Shown here in pieces: positions 59,044 through 64,000 of a stretch of 64,000 nucleotides of DNA; positions within the stretch are counted from its first letter, which is position 1, and each line of letters opens with the position of its first letter. The notes under the pieces are model-generated. The model ran no database searches and was not told the DNA's origin. It saw nothing but the letters and a program-made list of their open reading frames with translations. A program made the translations under genes and the position numbers. Source of the stretch: Candidatus Omnitrophota bacterium (GTDB lineage: Bacteria; Omnitrophota; Omnitrophia; Omnitrophales; Aquincolibacteriaceae); NCBI GenBank assembly GCA_016930235.1, contig JAFGHI010000025.1:16437-80436 (forward strand). Reading direction: 5' to 3'.

Positions 59044-60240
59044 CTAAAACACAACCGGTTTTTTCCGTTTCTTGCTTTTATTAAAAACACCATCAAGTAT
59101 TTCCTTGACTGCGGCAATAACCAACTGAACATCCCTTGACGTTAACCTTGGATACATCGGCAGACTTACAACTTCCTGGTAATACCGTTCGGTTTTAGGA
59201 TGCCTAAGGCTGGACTTCGCTAGATGCCTTTGGTAATAAGGATGATGCGTGATAGGAATATAATGAACCTGTGACATGACCCCGTACTCTTGTAAAGCTT
59301 CATAAAACCGCCGGCGATGAATGGAAGTTTTCTTTAAGTTGAGACGGAATAAATAGAGATGCCACGCATGTTTTCGATCGGGATAATGGAGTTTCGGTAA
59401 GATCACCTTTTCGCCCAAACTTTGGAGGGCTTCGCCATACTGTTCGGCGATTTCCCGTCTTCGCTTCAAAAAAAAGTCAAGCTTTCGTAACTGTGATAAT
59501 CCTAAAGCCGCCTGAAAATCCGTAATACGATAATTAAAACCGATATTGTTCATCTGATAAAACCAGTTTCCCACCCGCCTCCGAGCCGATTGAGGACGCC
59601 CGATCCCGTGATGCCTCATCTGTAACATCTTCTTGTAAAAATCCCTATTGTTGGTCGTAATACAGCCACCTTCACCGGTCGTAATGTGCTTAACGGGATG
59701 AAAGCTGAAGACAGTTATATCGGAATACTGGCAGGAGCCTATCTTTTTCCCGCGGTACTCAGCTCCGAGGGCATGACATGCATCCTCGATCACAATCAGA
59801 TCTCGACGGCGGGCAATCGCGGCGATCTCCTTGAGATCGACCGGTAATCCCGCAAAATGAACCGGAACAATCGCCTTCGAGCGTTTCGTAAGCTTCTTTT
59901 GGATTTCTTCAGGATCAATATTGACTGTGTCATAATCAATATCGGCGAAAATCGGTGTGGCTCCGGTAAAGACAGCAGCGTTGGCGGTTGCAAGAAAAGA
60001 CATGGGAGTCGTAATCACCTCATCGCCTTTTCCCATTCCCGCAACACAATAAGCCAAATGAAGACCCGCCGTTCCGCTCGAAACGGCAACGGCATATTTC
60101 GCTCCGCAATATTTCGCAATGGCTTCTTCAAATTCCCTAATTTTGGGTCCTTGAGACAGCCAATCGGATTTGAGAACTTTTACGACTTCATTGATATCAG
60201 ACTGATCGATCCATTGCCGCCCATATGGAATTTTCTTCAT
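59044..60240 (-). CDS. pseC: UDP-4-amino-4,6-dideoxy-N-acetyl-beta-L-altrosamine transaminase
   Basis: IPYGRQWI...DI..V..VLKSDWL.QGP, EDACHALGA, FSFHPVKHITTGEGG, GFNYRITD. Confidence 0.9.
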   Translation of the reverse strand: MKKIPYGRQWIDQSDINEVVKVLKSDWLSQGPKIREFEEAIAKYCGAKYAVAVSSGTAGLHLAYCVAGMGKGDEVITTPMSFLATANAAVFTGATPIFADIDYDTVNIDPEEIQKKLTKRSKAIVPVHFAGLPVDLKEIAAIARRRDLIVIEDACHALGAEYRGKKIGSCQYSDITVFSFHPVKHITTGEGGCITTNNRDFYKKMLQMRHHGIGRPQSARRRVGNWFYQMNNIGFNYRITDFQAALGLSQLRKLDFFLKRRREIAEQYGEALQSLGEKVILPKLHYPDRKHAWHLYLFRLNLKKTSIHRRRFYEALQEYGVMSQVHYIPITHHPYYQRHLAKSSLRHPKTERYYQEVVSLPMYPRLTSRDVQLVIAAVKEILDGVFNKSKKRKKPVVF

Positions 60241-61225
60241 TTTTTGTTTCTTCCTCATTGATCATGGTTTCGAGTTCCGGCACACTCAGCTGCCATTCTT
60301 GACCATCACTGCGGTAACCTTCAAAATCAGGTCCTAATGGCTTGGGTAAATCTTTCCGGGTCTGAGAAATAACTTTGGGGTAAGTAATGTAACGGTCTTT
60401 AAATTCATACGTAAAAGGGCCATCGTCGGATGCAATTAAAACCTCATGGAGTTTTTCACCGGGCCGTATCCCGACAACCTTCTGACGGCATCCCGGACAA
60501 ACAGCCTTGGCCAAATCGGTTATACGGATACTCGGTAATTTTGGAATAAAGATTTCTCCACCGACCATCTCTTCAAGTGATTGGATGACAAAATCCACTC
60601 CCTGGGGCAATGTAATCCAGAATCGTGTCATTCTTTCATCCGTAATAGGAACTTCTCCTTTGACCCTGCATTCCTTAAAAAAAGGCACAACGCTTCCTCT
60701 GGAGCCAAAAACATTTCCATAACGAACTACTGAAAATTTTGTCCCGAGAGGAGAATAGTTGTTCCCGGCGACAAACATCTTTTCGGCACAAAGCTTTGTG
60801 GCACCGTAAAGGTTGACCGGATTGGCGGCCTTGTCCGTGCTGAGAGCAAGCACCTTTTCAACGCCGTTATCGATCGCCACATTGATCACATTCTCTGCGC
60901 CAATAATGTTGGTTTTTACCGCTTCAAAAGGATTGTACTCGGCCGTCGGAACGATTTTTAAAGCCGCTGCGTGAACGATAATGTCGACGTTCTCAAAAGC
61001 ACGGTGCAACCGGTCAGCATCACGGACATCTCCGATAAAAAAACGAACCCGCCGTTCCGGGTCGTGGAGCTTCTGTTTCATCTCATATTGTTTCATCTCA
61101 TCGCGGCTGAATACGATGAGTTTTTTAGGGAGGCGTGTTTTTAACATCGTCTGAACAAACTGCTGTCCGAAGGAGCCCGTCCCTCCCGTTATCAAGACAA
61201 CTTTGCTTTTCCAATCAATCCCCAT
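60197..61225 (-). CDS. pseB: UDP-N-acetylglucosamine 4,6-dehydratase (inverting)
   Basis: ITGGTGSFG, FSRDE.KQ, HAAALK.VP.AEYNPFE, LSTDKAANP.NLYGATK, RYGNV.GSRGSV, MTRFWITL, GIRPGEKLHE. Confidence 0.95.
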   Translation of the reverse strand: MGIDWKSKVVLITGGTGSFGQQFVQTMLKTRLPKKLIVFSRDEMKQYEMKQKLHDPERRVRFFIGDVRDADRLHRAFENVDIIVHAAALKIVPTAEYNPFEAVKTNIIGAENVINVAIDNGVEKVLALSTDKAANPVNLYGATKLCAEKMFVAGNNYSPLGTKFSVVRYGNVFGSRGSVVPFFKECRVKGEVPITDERMTRFWITLPQGVDFVIQSLEEMVGGEIFIPKLPSIRITDLAKAVCPGCRQKVVGIRPGEKLHEVLIASDDGPFTYEFKDRYITYPKVISQTRKDLPKPLGPDFEGYRSDGQEWQLSVPELETMINEEETKNEENSIWAAMDRSV

Positions 61226-61235
61226 GTCGTAGCCC

Positions 61236-61508
61236 TCACTTTTCGTCATTAATCTTCTGTTTCGCTTCGCTCACCACGTCGTCTTCGTGAAGCCATCGTC
61301 TTCCCTTGTTATAAATCTTCCCCACCCGGTCCTCAAGTTTCGGAGAAACCATCCTTAAGATTTCTTTTCCCAATATCCTGTATTGTTTACCCACTTTAGC
61401 CGCCCGGATAATACCCTTTTTGATTAATCGGGTCATCGTACTCGAGCTGACCTTAAGGATTTTCTGCGTCTCTTCCAGCGTATAGATCTCGTTTTCATTC
61501 ACGATCAT
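61236..61508 (-). CDS. Excisionase-like (HTH_17) DNA-binding protein
   Basis: YTLEE...ILKVS.ST..RLIK.G.I.A.KVG.QYRI; ATG 61508 after GTGAGG. Confidence 0.85.
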   Translation of the reverse strand: MIVNENEIYTLEETQKILKVSSSTMTRLIKKGIIRAAKVGKQYRILGKEILRMVSPKLEDRVGKIYNKGRRWLHEDDVVSEAKQKINDEK

Positions 61509-61555
61509 AGGAAACCTCACAAACTGCATTCGTAAATTATTAAACTAAGGGAAGG

Positions 61556-61613
61556 ATTATAATCTACTCAATGCAACATGTCAATAGACGTCATCAGTAG
61601 TCATTGGTAGTCA
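61556..61613 (-). promoter_or_regulatory. Consensus sigma70 promoter with four 10-bp-phased TGAC repeats
   Basis: TTGACA(61584-61579)-N17-TATAAT(61561-61556); + strand GTCA at 61580, 61590, 61600, 61610. Confidence 0.75.
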
Positions 61614-61657
61614 ATATCAGCATAACTCATAGGATAATTTGCCGTTCGATCATTAAC

Positions 61658-63511
61658 TTAGATGGGCTTTGTGGTGCGTCGGTAGACATCATACTTCAAG
61701 CCCTGAGATCCGACCTTTTCGCTGATATTCTCATAATAGCCAACTCGAGTTAATTCCTTAAAATACGGCTCAGGACGGAAACGATCTTCTGATTGTCTCG
61801 ATTGGGAATACGGATGAGAATCAGCCACAATCGCAATATGGCGGATGTCGTTTTTATCGAGCAATTGAACCGTTTTTTCTTCTCGGTCAAAATCAGGGTA
61901 TCGAGTAAAATTTCTAAAGGTCATCTCTCTTATCGCGATTAAATCATAATAATAGGCCTTGTTATCCCCCACGAGGAGCACTTTTTCCTTCGGGTTATTA
62001 ATCCTAGCGCTAACCCATTGCCCCATTCCTCGAGCAGGATCACTCGTGCGAACAAAAAAATCCTTTTTCACATGATAACCCGCCCATAGAAGCTGGATGA
62101 AGCCAATCAATACGAATGTTGCCCCCATCACTTGGGCCAAACGGGCATATCGCTTCTGAACGTTCGCAAATCCAATACCGGAAAGTACCGCCACTAAGGC
62201 CAAACCTGGAAGAAGATATCTTGTATATTGCGAAAGATTAAACCAGATCACTGTATAAACCAACAAAAAACACCACAGATACAAATGTTTTCGAAATGAA
62301 AAAAGCATAAGCGGAAAAGAGACCAGAAAAAGAAGGCCCAATTTGTCGCCTCCAAACAAAGCTGGCTTGAATGTCATGGAAACTGGAAGAAGAATAAAAT
62401 CAAGGACTCCTTTTCCTGTCCCTGCAATAAAATGACTGACATTCGAACCCACTAACCCAGCCTGAGTAAGCCCGTAACCAAAAGGCGTGCCGAATATCTT
62501 CTGCGCAAAAGGAAAGACAGGATTCCCATAAACTATCCAGGATCGGAGATAAAAAGGCAAGCCGGCCAACGTCAAACCAAACAAAAAGAGTAAGTTATTC
62601 CTGAAAACCTGTTTTTTTTGATGTCCTTGAAACCATTCCAACAAAATCACGGGGGACATTGCAACAACACCATAGAGCGCCAGATATTTTGTCGCAACCG
62701 CAGCGCCGCAGAAAAGACCTGCGAGAAAACTTACCCCCCATCCCTTTCCTTTGGAACTTTCCATTCTCATCAGAAGCAAAGCCATGATTAAGAAAGTAGA
62801 GAAAAATATATCATTGTAGGTCGACGGAGCATGGAAGAAAAAAACGGGACCGCCTGCAATTAGCAATGTAGTCAAAAGCGATGCTGTCATATTTTGAGTT
62901 CGAGTCCATACAAAATATCCGCACGAAAGACTGAGGGCCACGTAAAGCAAAAAGGAGACAGCCTTCGACAATACAATCGTATGGAGAACCTCGCCGGGCA
63001 CAAAACTCATTTCGGCAAGAAGCGGCCAAAAAGCGTGCTCCGAATAAGGAATATGCCAAATTTTTCCCATCAAGACGAACATTTTCGGCAAATAGAGATG
63101 GTATACAAGAGAATCGCCATCGACATAGGAAGCCCAGCATCGGGAAAACGTAAATAAAAAAATGACGAAAATCTCCGATGCAATAAGGACATTGATCCAT
63201 CCTGCATGTCGGATCTTCAGAAAAAACTTGCGAAAGGCTGCGGGCAAAAAACTAAGCTGCTTCCAACCCAAAATCAGGGATACAAGAGAAATTCCTCCAT
63301 AAAACCAGACCGAGTAGAGCCCAAGTAACCCTACGAGCCCCGTAACGAACCAAAAGTAGGCATAAAAAATAACTCCTGTAACAAACGCCGCTATAGAAAA
63401 GAAGAAAGAGGGTAAGTCATCATTCATGCGGAGGCGAATAATTTTCAGAAAAATGGTCCCATTAGCTAGGAAACTCAGACCCATAAATAAGAAGAGGAAA
63501 AGTTCCATCAT
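61658..63511 (-). CDS. GT-C-fold membrane glycosyltransferase-like protein
   Basis: DGDSL.YHL..PK, YND, ATKY, FYLRSW...GNPVFP, RYLLP; many TM segments. Confidence 0.7.
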   Translation of the reverse strand: MMELFLFLFMGLSFLANGTIFLKIIRLRMNDDLPSFFFSIAAFVTGVIFYAYFWFVTGLVGLLGLYSVWFYGGISLVSLILGWKQLSFLPAAFRKFFLKIRHAGWINVLIASEIFVIFLFTFSRCWASYVDGDSLVYHLYLPKMFVLMGKIWHIPYSEHAFWPLLAEMSFVPGEVLHTIVLSKAVSFLLYVALSLSCGYFVWTRTQNMTASLLTTLLIAGGPVFFFHAPSTYNDIFFSTFLIMALLLMRMESSKGKGWGVSFLAGLFCGAAVATKYLALYGVVAMSPVILLEWFQGHQKKQVFRNNLLFLFGLTLAGLPFYLRSWIVYGNPVFPFAQKIFGTPFGYGLTQAGLVGSNVSHFIAGTGKGVLDFILLPVSMTFKPALFGGDKLGLLFLVSFPLMLFSFRKHLYLWCFLLVYTVIWFNLSQYTRYLLPGLALVAVLSGIGFANVQKRYARLAQVMGATFVLIGFIQLLWAGYHVKKDFFVRTSDPARGMGQWVSARINNPKEKVLLVGDNKAYYYDLIAIREMTFRNFTRYPDFDREEKTVQLLDKNDIRHIAIVADSHPYSQSRQSEDRFRPEPYFKELTRVGYYENISEKVGSQGLKYDVYRRTTKPI

Positions 63512-64000
63512 GAAGATTTCTTCAGCAAGTAGACAAGAGAATGCTCCGATTGGTCGATGCGTTCATAATTCTGTGCCAGGTATTCATAAAATTCCGGAAC
63601 AGACGATATCTGACTTTTATCGGCCAACGCGAAATAATCGGCTCCTTGCGAGCGATATTTCTCAAGCTGAGCAATGGGCGTCGCTTCTTTATCATAAAAT
63701 TTACGGACAAGATTTCTCTCCTCACTTCTTGGACTGAGAGTCCAACCGTCCCGATTCGTGTAGTATAGAAAAGAAGTTGAACTTCCGTGTCTCGTCACCA
63801 CCTTTGACCTTTCGGGCACTAATGAACGAACCATCTCGGCCGCTTCCAGAACATATCGATCCTCAGCAGGAATAATTAAAAGCGGACTGATTGAAAAACG
63901 ACAAGCCAGCATGGCGTTAAAAAGAAGAATAGAAATCGTCAGAAACTTTCGAAATGACGGCGCTAAAGCGTAAATCCCCTGGACAGCGGTAGCAGCAAGA
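63508..64000 (-). CDS. ArnT/PMT-family membrane protein (partial), paralogue of 57417-58958
   Basis: RFSISPLLIIPAEDRYVLEA, HGSSTSFLYYT.RDGW, QLE.Y.SQGA.YFA shared with 57417-58958; frame open to the window edge. Confidence 0.75.
   Translation of the reverse strand, partial: LAATAVQGIYALAPSFRKFLTISILLFNAMLACRFSISPLLIIPAEDRYVLEAAEMVRSLVPERSKVVTRHGSSTSFLYYTNRDGWTLSPRSEERNLVRKFYDKEATPIAQLEKYRSQGADYFALADKSQISSVPEFYEYLAQNYERIDQSEHSLVYLLKKSS

Noticed and set aside
61236-61529. Prophage or ICE excisionase
   Set aside because: No integrase, att site or phage genes; the gene leads the pseB operon.

Overview
A 64-kb bacterial region, almost entirely on the minus strand, dominated by surface-polysaccharide genes. 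It has four parts: (i) a Wza/chain-length regulator/ATPase/tyrosine-kinase/Wzx exopolysaccharide operon (1-13 kb); (ii) a housekeeping block (gap, fmt, def, priA, family-4 UDG; 16-24 kb); (iii) LPS-core/O-antigen genes with a carbamoyltransferase-SxtJ-SxtK-like triad (24-45 kb); (iv) a pseudaminic-acid-type cluster (pseB, pseC, pseG, pseI, SpsF-like; no pseH) with many tailoring enzymes (45-61 kb). The most striking unexplained signal is a family of elements made of degenerate 7- or 8-nt tandem repeats arranged as inverted arms. Some bracket a 'four helix bundle' (23S rRNA IVP/bAvd-like) gene. Others are empty or keep only the first or last codons of such a gene, one sits in frame inside a CDS, and others are nested or solo. 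Several repeat classes occur, and the two intact flanked paralogues use different classes. Both polysaccharide operons also begin with a tiny HTH gene preceded by 10-bp-phased GTC(A/C) repeats. Product calls come from motif recognition in the translations; no database searches were run.
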